Notes under the pieces: generated by a model
Told to the model about the DNA's origin: nothing
Database searches by the model: none
Seen by the model: the letters and a program-made list of their open reading frames with translations, nothing else
NCBI RefSeq assembly: GCF_001194135.2
Contig: NC_068991.1
Coordinates: 33,816,209 to 33,861,699, forward strand
Direction: 5' to 3'
Length of the DNA: 45,491 nt
Source of the DNA: Octopus bimaculoides
Taxonomy: Eukaryota
Shown: positions 12,111-23,849 of the stretch, piece by piece
Numbering within the stretch: the stretch's first letter is position 1
How the letters are laid out: every line of letters begins with the position of its first letter
Translations under genes and position numbers: made by a program

Positions 12111-12469
12111 AATAAAGTTTATATAAATGATAATATAAATAAAAATTGAGGTTCTATTTATTAATACATCCAATTCACAGTTGTTTCTCCGTTTAATTAC
12201 ACAGTTACAGTTGCAATGTCTATTGTAGTAACTGAACATACACAACAGCAATTCATCTTTTTCGTTGTTTTCCTGTAAAACGAAGGACATTGTAATAAGG
12301 AGTCTGATTTTCATTACAATTATGCCTAAATTGTCCAGTCTGTTGTTCTTCATTGAATTCCACTGATAAATCTTGATCACCAGCAGCTAAGGAAAACTCT
12401 ACTCACAGGTCACATTGCTTGCAGGTACTGTTAAAATGATTTGAATCAGTTTAAAAAAAGTTCAAAGAA

Positions 12470-12870
12470 GGCATCTCAGTTTTATATGGCAGTGAAACAT
12501 GGACACTGAAAAGAAATTATCAGACAGGCTAAAAGGATGCTATGAATGGCCCTAAATGTGAAATGGCGGCAACATATAACAAAGTAATGCCTTTATAGAA
12601 ACCTGCTGAAAGTTAACAAGAACATCTGGCAATGATGGCTGCAACTATCTAGTCACTACGTGTGCCACCCTGAACTAGAAGCATCCAAATTAGTCATGTG
12701 GAACCCATTTCATGATAATGTAAGAAGAGGAAAACGTTACACATTGGCAACTTCATTACAGACACTGGAATGTATCCAGGACCTAGAGGCAGTGATGATA
12801 GACTGAGAAGTGTGGCCGGTGGACTTCATTGCTGTGACTTGGATTGGAGCCTGGCCATAACAAAATAAAA
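12470..12870 (+). mobile_element. 3' fragment of an RTE/RTE-X-like LINE
   Basis: LYGSETWTL, MALNVKWRQHIT and LVMWNPFH motifs typical of the RT C-terminus. Confidence 0.65.
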
Positions 12871-14529
12871 AATGATATAAAATCTCTGTTAGGATGCAAA
12901 AACTCAAGTAATTCAATCAGTGATTTCAAAATGCATAATTCCCATTCAGTGAGACACTTCATTCCATGATACTCTTCCTTCAGGTCATTCAAGTTTTGCT
13001 GATTTGTCTCTGTCAAATTTGAGAGCAAAAGTGTCGAGATTCTGGTCACATTTGGGATTAATACAGGAAAGTTTCTTCCATTATTTACAGCTTTTTTGGC
13101 CAAAAACTAGCATTGAAGTTTTGAGCAAATTTCAATACAAACCAAGAATGAATTTTTGCTGAAAATTGTAAAAAGATCTTCACAATATCATTGATCACTA
13201 AATCCTTCATATGTTGTGGCAAATTTCTTTATTGTTTGGTTTGTCCCCACCCAACTGGTTGTCCTTAATATATTCAGTGTCCTACTGCTTTTTCATCTGC
13301 CATTTGCCTTCATCATTCAGTTTGTTTCATTCTACATTAAAATCCTCAGTACATCTGCTTATCAGTCAACCAGTGAAAACTGTTGTAGCATTTTCACTTC
13401 ATAGAACATGTTCAAAACGAACAAGGAGAAAACAAAAGTTTACAGATAAAAGTGATAGATTTCGCTTGTCTTCATTTTATTACAATCAGGTTGAGTGGAT
13501 GGATGTAGCAGTGGACAGAGAGTAAATGGGACAACAGCATGCAGCTACACTTAAACATTGGCAATTTTTTCTCTGCTCATGATCAAGGCGCCCTCATAAC
13601 ATTGTTCAAATTATAATTGGACATCAACAGCAAATGAATTCAATATAGGTAATATGCAAGCCAAAAGCAGTTCAGCATCATCCAATAAATTCTTTGTTTA
13701 TAAAGAAGTCAAAAACATAACTCTGAACAAGTGTGAGTTATTCAGTTTTTGAAATGTTTATTTCTTTTTTTTCCACAATTAATGTGAAAATACCTTACTT
13801 GGGAAGTTTATTACTGTTGCCATGGTAGAAAGAAACTTATTCTGAATATTATGGTGTACCTATTTTGCATTTTAGGGTCCTTCCATTGCCTGTTAGGATT
13901 GATATCAGGCCCATTATTTCTTGCATATTGCCATATTCCTGCTCACTATGTTCATGTGTTGTGGAGCTGTTAAATGTGTGTACCATGAGCTTTGTTGGCC
14001 TTGGCTAGTGTAGATGTTCAATACCCAAACTCATTTGAAATCCCTCCATAAAGAAGCAGCTGTGATACGGAATTGGAGCTTCTGGTGAATGACACACACA
14101 CACACACCACACCACACCACACCACATGTGCACACACACATCACTGATTTTTAATGTTTACTTTTCCATACTTGCATGAGTTAGATGAGAGTATGATGCC
14201 TTTCCTGTCACCAACTTGTTTCCGAGTGAGGTAATAATCTCCCAGTCTGTCAAGCAGCAAACAGCCTGGACATGTTTACTCAACTGGAAACAAATGACGT
14301 TATAGAAATACACCCCTTCTTTCTGAAGATCACACATGATGCCCCAAGATGCTTTTATGGTGGTCTGCAAGCAAACAACACTATTAATAAGCCATTGTTT
14401 ACAACTGTGAACACATGTGAAGATGAGAGGAATATGAACTCATAAACTTGCACACAGACATGCCATACATACATAGATAAATACACACATGTGCATGCAT
14501 GCATACACACACTCACATACACACAAAGG

Positions 14530-14715
14530 GTTACTTTCAGTTTCTGTCAACCAGATCCAATCACAGAGCCTTGATTAGCCTGGGGCTATAGTAGAAGACA
14601 CTTCTTCAAGGTGTTGTACAGTGGGATTGTATCCAAAGGTTGGGAAGTAAACTTGTTAACCATACATCATGCCTTGATATATAGATACTCGCCCAAAACA
14701 ATGCACAGTGAAACC
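14530..14715 (-). mobile_element. SINE family A, partial
   Basis: ctttcagtttctgtcaaccagatcc...ggctatagtagaagacactt...aaggtg aligns with the other family A copies. Confidence 0.75.
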
Positions 14716-15059
14716 GTACTTCAAACTGTGGTTGAGAAGCAAACCTCTTACCTATACAGCTATGTCTGTGCTTGTAACCATGCATCTTGTAACTAACCCA
14801 CAATCCCAGTTCTCCTCTCCCCACACACTTCTATTCTTGTACCATGAGGGTCTATACTAGCACCTCATCACAACTATTTTTATCCCTTTCCATCTGCACC
14901 ATGATCACTCTCACATTCTCTTTTACAATGTGAGTGGATATATAGCTCCTAAACTGATTCTGTTTTGGCCTCTTCTTTCATACTTTAATCCCTCATCCTT
15001 AAGCATAGAGCTGTTTCCCTCTCTACTGTAGCCCCACTCCGTTGGAGGAGATCTTAATC

Positions 15060-15240
15060 TTGTAAGGGTGCTGGTTCCATGAGAAAAGCACCCAGTACAT
15101 GCTGTAAAGTGGTTGGTGTTAGGGAGGGTATCCAGCCTTAGATACTGTGCCAAAGCAAACATTCCTCAAATCCATCAGATCTTGTCAAACTGTATAACTC
15201 ATTCCAGCATGGAATATAGACATTAATGATGATGATGATA
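15060..15240 (+). mobile_element. RTE-tail-derived short repeat ending in (GAT)n
   Basis: aaaagcacccagtaca...gtggttggtgttagg...ccagcatggaa...gatgatgat. Confidence 0.75.
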
Positions 15241-15299
15241 ACACACACACACACACACATACACACATGCATATATTACATATATGTACATCTCTCCAT

Positions 15300-16050
15300 C
15301 CACCACAGCACAAAAAATCTATGTTATAAAAGCATTCTGTGTATGCTTGTGCCCTGTTCTAACCTCACCCCCATCAAGCATTCCCCACATCCCATTCCAC
15401 TCCTCTATCTATGGCAGTATTCGACAGCTGTAATTGCTTGGAAGCAGAGCTGACACTTATTAGCCGTTCTCACTTCCTTAGCATTATCAGTTACCTCCCA
15501 CCTTTCTCTGGAACCTTCAATCCCTTATCCTCAACCCTTCTTACTTTCTCACACTATTCTCACCAAACACTTTTCTGTGCCTTCAGATTGCTCTCCCCTC
15601 TATTATACTTGTCACCTCACATGTCTCTATCATTTTCTACAGCATCATGCTCATCCTCTATAGACATCCTTATGTACCCTCATACTGCCTTCTGTTGCTC
15701 CTACACCTTACACATCATCTCTCTATCTATCATCTTACTCTCACTCTCTACACTGATACTTCCCTGCCAACTACATCTCCACTCTTGCACATCATTCAAT
15801 ACATCCACTTCTTCCCTCACCCTCAAACCATCTGTCACTCACCCTTCACGTGTTTATGAAATGACTTGTCCTTTCTCTTCCCACATGATCCACTGGCTGT
15901 ATCCTCTTATACTCACCTATCTTGTGAGTGTGCTCTGGTACATTACCTCTCTCCATCTTTCTCTTTTTTGCATATCTTCCAATGTTGGATAGCCATTATC
16001 TGCTCTATTCAAGATACCTGTTCTTGTTACTAGTATCATGCTGCAGCAGA
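15300..16050 (-). mobile_element. Old degenerate RTE-like LINE 3' region
   Basis: Purine-rich on the minus strand. A degraded GVRCRSNRRQYGYIRM segment resembles the RRLRWYGHVxRM C-terminal motif. Confidence 0.5.
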
Positions 16051-16149
16051 AATGTGCGTTGGACACATTTAATCAAATATGCTGTATAAACTGATGGTAG
16101 AAATAAAGAATATGCAGAAGTACTAGTTTCCGTATTCATTGCAATTTTC

Positions 16150-16170
16150 TTATATATATATACATACATA

Positions 16171-16231
<61 letters not shown>

Positions 16232-16235
16232 ATCT
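16150..16235. repeat. (TA)n microsatellite
   Basis: Long TA run. Confidence 0.95.
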
Positions 16236-16319
16236 ATAACTATAAAAGAGAGTTTGTATGTGTTTGCGTGTGTGTGCATGTTCCTTATGCATTCCATAAC
16301 GAAGTTGCCGATTTTCATG

Positions 16320-17010
16320 TAAGAGGCAAGACCTTCGAACATTGGGCCTCACCGAGGCGATGACTTCTGACCGAGACCTTTGGAAATATGCTGCGCATGA
16401 GAAGACCCGGCAAGCCAAATGAGACCTAAATCCAAGGCCTCTGCCAGGTGTGTAGCCAGCCCACTTATGCGTACCTTTCCTTCTTTGGACACTAAACTCC
16501 GCTGGCGAAGACCTGTTGAGGCAAGTGAAATCGAAACTGAACTATATTCAATGACTGGCACCCATGCCAACGTCGTCTCCTTCATTGGACATGAAACTCA
16601 GCTTGCGAAGACTTATTGGGACAAGCGAAAGCGAAATCGGGATGGCACCTGTGCCCAGTGTTACCTTTCTGGCACTTGTGTCCGTGGCATGTGTAAGGAC
16701 TTTCGAGAGAGATCGTTGCAAGTGCCCCTTGACTGGTTCTTGTGCCGGTGGCACATAAAATACACCATTTGAGTGTGGCCGTTGCCAGTACTGCCTGACT
16801 GGCCTTTGTGCGGGTGGCACGTAAAAGCACCCACTACACTCTCAGAGTGGTTGGTGTTAGGAAGGGCATCCAACTGTAGAAACTTTGCCAAATCAGATTG
16901 GAGCCTGGTGTAGCCATCCGGTTTCACCAGTCCTCAGTCAAATCGTCCAACCCATGCTAGCATGGAAAGCGGACGTTAAACGACGTTGATGATGATGATG
17001 ATGATGATAT
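16320..17010 (+). mobile_element. 5'-truncated young RTE LINE (end of ORF + 3' UTR + (GAT)n tail)
   Basis: Highly similar to 20690-21340: gaccttcgaacattgggcctcaccgaggc through gcatggaaagcggacgttaaacga(gat)n. Confidence 0.9.
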
Positions 17011-17092
17011 ATAATTAATTATATGTATTTCTTCTATCTTAATGAATAAAAATTCTTCGGATAGAATAAATGGGTTAATAGAAACCAATGTA

Positions 17093-17197
17093 NNNNNNNN
17101 NNNNNNNNNNNNNNNNNNNNNNNNNNNNNNNNNNNNNNNNNNNNNNNNNNNNNNNNNNNNNNNNNNNNNNNNNNNNNNNNNNNNNNNNNNNNNNNNN
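17093..17197. other. Assembly gap
   Basis: N run. Confidence 1.
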
Positions 17198-17489
17198 AAA
17201 ATTTAAGGAATGGAGAAAACACGTTATAATTGCATACTTTATTCCTACATATGTTTCAAAGGATTACAACCTATGTGATCCATAGGGATCTGTGATATTA
17301 AAATTGTAACCTTCTCATCAGGGAAAGCATGGGAATCATCTTAAACGTAAAACATTATGACCGATTATGAAAACAATAGATGGATAAGGTTATGACGTGA
17401 TTCATTTGAAAAAAAACGTTAGAGAACTGGACGCTACCTGATAGTAGGTTGGACAACACATACATATGAATGTGTGAAAACATACATGC

Positions 17490-17589
17490 NNNNNNNNNNN
17501 NNNNNNNNNNNNNNNNNNNNNNNNNNNNNNNNNNNNNNNNNNNNNNNNNNNNNNNNNNNNNNNNNNNNNNNNNNNNNNNNNNNNNNNNN
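17490..17589. other. Assembly gap
   Basis: N run. Confidence 1.
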
Positions 17590-17720
17590 TCTCTCTCTCT
17601 GCCTCACTCTCTCTCTCTGCCTCACTCTCTCACTCTGCCTCACTCTCTCTTTCTGCCTCACTCTCTCTGCACCACTATTTCCCTCTCTCTCTGCATCACT
17701 ACTTCTCTCTCCCACTCTCC
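17590..17720. repeat. CT-rich minisatellite, unit about (CT)nGCCTCA (16-18 bp)
   Basis: Repeated ctctctctgcctca units. Confidence 0.85.
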
Positions 17721-17809
17721 CTCTTCGACTCGTACGTGACCCTAACTCTATATAACCAGTTCAATTTCCAACTTCATCCTAATTGTCTTCGAATCTCTCT
17801 GCTGACAGA

Positions 17810-20800
17810 ACTACGACGAGTACTTAAGTTTAGGCTAGGGCTTCATCATAGGTTAGCTACTGTCATCTCGGCCTATGCCCCTCAACTGGGGCTACCGGAT
17901 GGGCAGAAAGACCAATTCTACGTCACCCTCCTGCAAACTACCTCGTTGACAAATGACAGGGACCTTCGCTTTGTGGCTGACGATTTCAATGGTCATGTTG
18001 GACGTCATGCAGGGGGCTTCCATGGCATTCATGGAGGCTATGGCTTCGGTTCCCGCAATGAGGAGGGAACCAGACTGCTGGAGTTCTGTGATGCAAACGA
18101 TCTTATGGTTTGCAATACCAACTTCAAGAAACCTGGCTGTTACCTAGTCACCTACCGGCAGACACTAGCCAAATTGACTACATCCTCACCAGAAATACGG
18201 AAAGAGGGCGGCTTATAAATGCCAAAACCTTCCCTGGCGAAGAATGTACTCCTCAACACAGATTAGTAGTTAGCGACTTCGGGATCAAGGCAAAAAGGGG
18301 ATATAGAAGGGGATATAGCATCATACAACATGGAAGACAACTGGAGGTTTCTACGGGACAACCTGCTCAGAGCCACCGACCAGATCTGTGGCTGGTGTAA
18401 AGTCCCCTCTCGAACCAAAGTAACTTGGTGGTGGAACAGTGTGGTTGACAGGGCTATCAGACAAAAGAAACAGGTTTGGAAGAATGGAGATAGCAGGGAA
18501 GTGTATCAGACTGCTAGAAGAGAAGCTAGGAGACAGGTTTATCTAGCCAGATAAGAAGAAGTTTGNNNNNNNNNNNNNNNNNNNNNNNNNNNNNNNNNNN
18601 NNNNNNNNNNNNNNNNNNNNNNNNNNNNNNNNNNNNNNNNNNNNNNNNNNNNNNNNNNNNNNNNNNNNNNNNNNNNNNNNNNNNNNNNNNNNNNNNNNNN
18701 NNNNNNNNNNNNNNNNNNNNNNNNNNNNNNNNNNNNNNNNNNNNNNNNNNNNNNNNNNNNNNNNNNNNNNNNNNNNNNNNNNNNNNNNNNNNNNNNNNNN
18801 NNNNNNNNNNNNNNNNNNNNNNNNNNNNNNNNNNNNNNNNNNNNNNNNNNNNNNNNNNNNNNNNNNNNNNNNNNNNNNNNNNNNNNNNNNNNNNNNNNNN
18901 NNNNNNNNNNNNNNNNNNNNNNNNNNNGAGGCTGCAAAGAAAGAGGTTTGGAGACGCCACTATGAAAGATTGCTCAATAAAGAGAATGAATGGGAGAAAG
19001 AGAGTCTGCCGAATGTCGACCCAACAGAGGGACCAGCTATCCGAGTTGACAGTTCCATGGTAGATAAAGCAATTATGAGTATGAAGACAGAGAAAGTCCC
19101 CGGCCCATCAGGGATCACTGCAGAGATGCTCAAAATATCTGGCAGTGTCGGCTATAGCCTAGTCACCCATATTGTTAACCAGGTGATACATAAAGGAGTC
19201 ATACCCAATGACTGGTGAGCAGCACCATAGTCAACTGTTACAAAGGTAAAGGTGTCGCCTTAGATACAAATAATTACAGAGGTATCAAGTTGTTGGATCA
19301 GATAATGAAAGTCATGGAGAGAGTCATAGCCCAACTAATTAGGGAGCGAATCAATTTAGATGAGATGCAGTTTGGGTTCGTGCCTGGGAAAAGCACCACT
19401 GATGCTATATTTCTGGTAAGACAGCTGCAGGAGAAATACCTAGCCAAGGAGAAAGCCTTTGACAGGGTCCCTCGATCCCTTATCTGGTGGTCAATGAGGA
19501 AACTAGGTATAAAAGAATGGTTAGTGAGAGCTGAGCAAGCNNNNNNNNNNNNNNNNNNNNNNNNNNNNNNNNNNNNNNNNNNNNNNNNNNNNNNNNNNNN
19601 NNNNNNNNNNNNNNNNNNNNNNNNNNNNNNNNNNNNNNNNNNNNNNNNNNNNNNNNNNNNNNNNNNNNNNNNNNNNNNNNNNNNNNNNNNNNNNNNNNNN
19701 NNNNNNNNNNNNNNNNNNNNNNNNNNNNNNNNNNNNNNNNNNNNNNNNNNNNNNNNNNNNNNNNNNNNNNNNNNNNNNNNNNNNNNNNNNNNNNNNNNNN
19801 NNNNNNNNNNNNNNNNNNNNNNNNNNNNNNNNNNNNNNNNNNNNNNNNNNNNNNNNNNNNNNNNNNNNNNNNNNNNNNNNNNNNNNNNNNNNNNNNNNNN
19901 NNNNNNNNNNNNNNNNNNNNNNNNNNNNNNNNNNNNNNNNNNNNNNNNNNNNNNNNNNNNNNNNNNNNNNNNNNNNNNNNNNNNNNNNNNNNNNNNNNNN
20001 NNNNNNNNNNNNNNNNNNNNNNNNNNNNNNNNNNNNNNNNNNNNNNNNNNNNNNNNNNNNNNNNNNNNNNNNNNNNNNNNNNNNNNNNNNNNNNNNNNGG
20101 CAGGTTAACTAGGAAGTTAGTTTTTGTATGTGGCAGATGTTCAGGTGCAATAAACACTGAAAATGTGCAGAAAACAACTTCTGTCACGTTCCAGGGAGAA
20201 AAACTAGACATAGTTGATAGCTTCTGATATCTGGGTGACCAAGTTAGTAGTGGGGGAGAGTGCACTGAAAGTCGCTAGAATAAAGTTCAGAGAGCTCTTA
20301 CCTCTGCTGGCGACAAAGGGCCTCTCACTCAGAGTAAAAAGCAGACTATATGACACATGTGTACGAACAGCCATGCTACATGGCAGTGAAACATGGGCCG
20401 TGACTGCTGAGGACATGCGTAAGCTCGCAAGGAATGAAGCCAGTATGATCCGATGGATGAGTAATGTCAGTGTGCATACCCAACAGAGTGTAAGTATCTT
20501 GAGAGAAAAGTTGAACCTAAGAAGCATCAGTTGTGGTGTGCAAGAGAGACGATTGCGCTGGTATGGACACATGGCGAGAATGGATGTGGATAGCTGTGTG
20601 AAAAAGTGCCACACCCTAGCGGTTGAGGGAACCTGTGGAAGAGGCAGGGCCAGGAAGATCTGGGATGAGGTGGTGAAGCACGACCTCCGAACTTTGGGCC
20701 TCACCGAGGCAATGACTTCTGACCGAAACCTTTGGAAATATGCTGTGCGTGACAAGACCTGGCAAGCCAAAGGAGACCAAAATCCAAGGCCTCTGCCAGG

Positions 20801-21340
20801 GATGTAGCCAGCCCACTTACGCGTAACATTCCTTCTTTGGACACTAAACTCCGCTTGAGAAGACCTGTTGAGGCAAGTGAAATCAGAATCGAACTAAATT
20901 TGTAGACTGGCACCCATGCCAACGTTTCTTCATTGAACACTGGGCTCGGCTTGCGAAGACTTGTTGGAGCAAGCAAAAGCAAGATCGTGATGGCACCTGT
21001 ACCAGTAGAACACTAACACGTGGCACGTGAAAAGACATTCGAGCAAGTTCGTTGCCAGTACCACTGGACTGGCTCCTGTGCAGGTGGCACGTAAAATATA
21101 CCAGTTCGAGTGTGACTGTTGCCAGTACCTCCTGACTGGCCTTCATACCGGTGGCACGTAAAAGCACCCACTACACTCTAGGAGTGGTTGGCGTTAGGAA
21201 GGGCATCCAGCTGTAGAAATTCTGCCAAATCAGATTGGAGTCTGGTGTAGCCATCTGGTTCACCAGTCCTCAGTCAAATCATCCAACCCATGCTAGCATG
21301 GAAAGCAGACGTTAAACGATGATGATGATGATGATGATAT
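17810..21340 (+). mobile_element. RTE-clade LINE, slightly 5'-truncated, disrupted, spanning two gaps (18566-18927, 19541-20098)
   Basis: APE motifs ISAYAPQ, DFNGHVG, GFGSRNEEGTRLLEFC. RT motifs NYRGIKLLD, QFGFVPGKSTTDAIFLVRQLQEK, AFDRVPR. C-terminal AMLHGSETWAV and RRLRWYGHMARM. 3' UTR ends in (GAT)n. Frameshifts are present. Confidence 0.95.
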
Positions 21341-21347
21341 ATATATA

Positions 21348-21583
21348 CTCTTTACTCTTTTACTTGTNNNNNNNNNNNNNNNNNNTGTAAACACACCAGC
21401 ATCGGTTGTCAAGCGATGTTGGGGGGGACAAACACAGACACACAAACGTACACACACACTCATATATATATTTACATATATATACGACGGGCTTCTTTCA
21501 GTTTCCGTCTACCAAGTCCACTCACAAGGCTTTGGTCGGCCCGAGGATATAGCAGAAGACACTTGCCCAAAGTGCCACGCAGT
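21348..21583 (-). mobile_element. SINE family A, 5'-truncated, containing an 18-N gap
   Basis: 3' tail ctctttactcttttacttgt. Body gtaaacacaccagcatcggttgtcaagcg and gacgggcttctttcagtttccgtctacc. Ends at gtgccacgcagt. Confidence 0.9.
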
Positions 21584-21585
21584 AC

Positions 21586-21747
21586 ACACTCGGAGTGGTT
21601 GGCGTTAGGAAGGGCATCCAGCTGTAGAAATTCTGCCAAATCAGATTGGAGTCTGGTGTAGCCATCTGGTTCACCAGTCCTCAGTCAAATCATCCAACCC
21701 ATGCTAGCATGGAAAGCGGACGTTAAACGATGATGATAATGATGATG

Positions 21748-21750
<3 letters not shown>
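21586..21750 (+). repeat. Second, near-identical copy of the RTE 3' tail at 21175-21340
   Basis: Shares variants with the upstream copy (gaaattctgcc, ggagtctgg, ctggttcacc, aaatcatcc) that differ from the 16850 and 45240 copies. Confidence 0.9.
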
Positions 21751-21785
<35 letters not shown>

Positions 21786-22149
21786 GTATATATATATTTT
21801 ATACATATACGTGCTTCCAGTTTTGTTGAATGATGTGCGCTCTCGTTCTGAAACAACCAAGAGGGATTCCCTAATCAACAAAAATGTCTACCGAAACTGA
21901 CAAAAACATGTAGTACTTGTTATTTCATAATGGTCCACTATATATCAGTAAAAAAGTAATATATTGCACTAAAAGTTTAATATAGTACATGAAAGTCATT
22001 GATGCAAGCTTGAGTTATCCTTGAAAAAGGCACATGGTGAGAATTTACGGTGAAACTTTTTCTCTCTCACTATAGTTTTTCATTCAACTTTTCTTAGTGA
22101 TCTCTTTGTTTTACATTCTATTTGAAAAATAGAATTCATTATGAAACCC

Positions 22150-22670
22150 TTTTCTTTTTACTATTGTTTCTGTTTTTTCATTTTATCTCTTTTACAGCAC
22201 CTGTCTAGATTTATTAATTTGTTTTTTTTTGGTTTCCTCCATATCTTCTTTACCTGCTTCCCCTCTCTCTTTCATACCTACCTCTGCCTCTCTCCTATAT
22301 TCCCCACATATATTCCTCCCTTTCCCCGTTTCTCTCTCTTTACACCTATCTCTCTCCCTCTCTTTTCTTTATCTCTCTCCCTCTCTTTTCCTTATCTCTC
22401 TCCCCCCTTTCATATCTTCCTCCTTTTCTCACTTCTCTTTCCCTTCCTTTGTCTCTCTTTACATCTACCTCTCCTCCAGTCACCTCACCCTCTCCCTCAT
22501 ATACTTCTCATTTTCCCCCTCTTCTCACTCCGTCTCCCTTTCCCTCACATCTTTCATTCTTTCCTCTCTCTCCCTCAGTGTCTCCTTTTCTCTTTCCATC
22601 CTCTCCCTCACTCTGTCTCTCTTTCTCTTCCCCTCCTCTCCCTTGCTCTGTCTTTCTTTCTCTTCCACTT
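22150..22670. repeat. Roughly 500-bp polypyrimidine/polypurine low-complexity tract
   Basis: Almost only C/T on the + strand. Confidence 0.9.
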
Positions 22671-22732
22671 GTTTGCAGAGAACGTTGACAACTGTCAGCC
22701 AAATAGCTATACTTAAAGAGCTTTAAACGTTA

Positions 22733-23203
22733 AGGGGAAGTAGCTACTTCTGACTACGCTGAGGGGGTGTACAGCTCAAATGGCTTACTTGGCTGGTAAC
22801 CAATTGAAAAAACTAGGGAATGAATACTTTGACAAGCGAGGGTAGAGGGGGAAGTTCACCTATTATGGTTTGAAGGCAGAAAGATATTAACTTGTGGGGG
22901 TGGGGGCGCTATGGTCTATCTGCATACTTCTTGATTCAAAACAACAAATATCGTGGTGGGGTGGTTTTCTGGATTGGTGGTGGTGGTGGGGGCAAAATGT
23001 GGCTAACACTGCATTGGCCCACACTCTTGAGACCACCCACACCTCAACAAAATTTGCCACAGTGTACATGTACGTGCATGAATGGACTGAAAAATTTGCC
23101 AAAATTAAGTTACTTTACTCATTTATGACTCAAAGTTACGCCCCCCCCCTCAGAACTGTGCCCATAGCAAGTGCCCTGCCTGCCGTACCCTAGCTACGCC
23201 ACT
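22733..23203. mobile_element. Possible degenerate hAT-type MITE
   Basis: The right end reverse-complements to AGTGGCGTAGCTAGGG and the left end AGGGGAAGTAGCTA is a partial match. No TSD found. Confidence 0.35.
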
Positions 23204-23204
23204 A

Positions 23205-23590
23205 TAGTCATGGCTGATGCCAGTCCCAAGTAAGAGGCATGTGAGTGTTGGACCTCCTGGAGGCAATGTGGCCACTGCCAGTGACATAAAAAGCACCTTT
23301 CGAGCATTGGGTCTCATGGAGGCAATGATAAATGACTGAGACCTTTGGCAATATGCTATGCTTGAGAAAACCCTTCAAACCAAGTGGAATCATAGTCTTG
23401 GCAGATACTAGTGTCACGCACCTGACATGTAAAAGCACCCATTACACTCTCAGAGTGGTTGGCATCTAGCTGTAGAGACCGTACCAAATCAGACTGGAGT
23501 CTGGAGCAGCCCCTCAGCTTACCAACCCTGATCAAACCATCGAACCCATGCCAGCATTGACAACAGATGTTAAATGATAATAATGATGAT
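23205..23590 (+). mobile_element. RTE-3'UTR-derived non-autonomous repeat
   Basis: gacctttggcaatatgct, taaaagcacccattacactctcagagtggttgg, aacccatgccagcat...gatgttaaatga. Confidence 0.8.
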
Positions 23591-23849
23591 ATGTTGTATA
23601 TTATATATGTTATAGATAAATATACATAAGTATATAGATAAATTCTCAGATATGAGATAAAGCTGTTGTCACCAACAATATATGTATATTTGTGATTTGA
23701 TGTGTGAACATTTTAGCATGGCCTACACTTTTGTAAAGATTTTCAGCAATTTTTCTAAGATATATGAAGAAATAATTTTAAAAAAATTGTTTTCCAGTTT
23801 TTACCAGATAGGATAATTATATTACTTTTTTTTATCTATTTTGTTTTAG

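Noticed and set aside
12400-12432. 21-nt minus-strand microexon-like segment (ttttaacag|…|gtgagt)
   Set aside because: Isolated, with no partner exons; expected by chance in 45 kb of AT-rich DNA
13405-13735. Candidate exon with acceptor cacttcatag and donor AAGT|GTGAGT
   Set aside because: All three frames hit stops between the two sites
14160-14420. Unique-looking segment with short open frames on both strands (SLDMFTQLETNDVIEIHPFFLK on +, TTIKASWGIMCDLQKEG on -, faintly globin A-helix-like)
   Set aside because: No convincing acceptor/donor pair or recognisable family; resemblance is within chance; unresolved rather than excluded
15411-15992. 193-aa + strand ORF
   Set aside because: Antisense shadow of a purine-rich degenerate LINE; low complexity, no motif
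16136-16363. ORFs with YIYIYI runs (also 3038-3292, 17434-17755, 31900-32142)
   Set aside because: Translations of microsatellites or N gaps
17590-17720. Regularly spaced repeats as a CRISPR-like array
   Set aside because: No unique spacers; a plain minisatellite in eukaryotic DNA
18566-20108. Long ORFs (166-297 aa) suggesting an intact RTE
   Set aside because: Length comes from N runs; sequenced parts have frameshifts, stops and a deletion before EKAFDRVP, so this copy is not intact
22141-22726. ORFs of 165-191 aa rich in F/L/S/P
   Set aside because: Artefact of the C/T tract, which cannot encode stops
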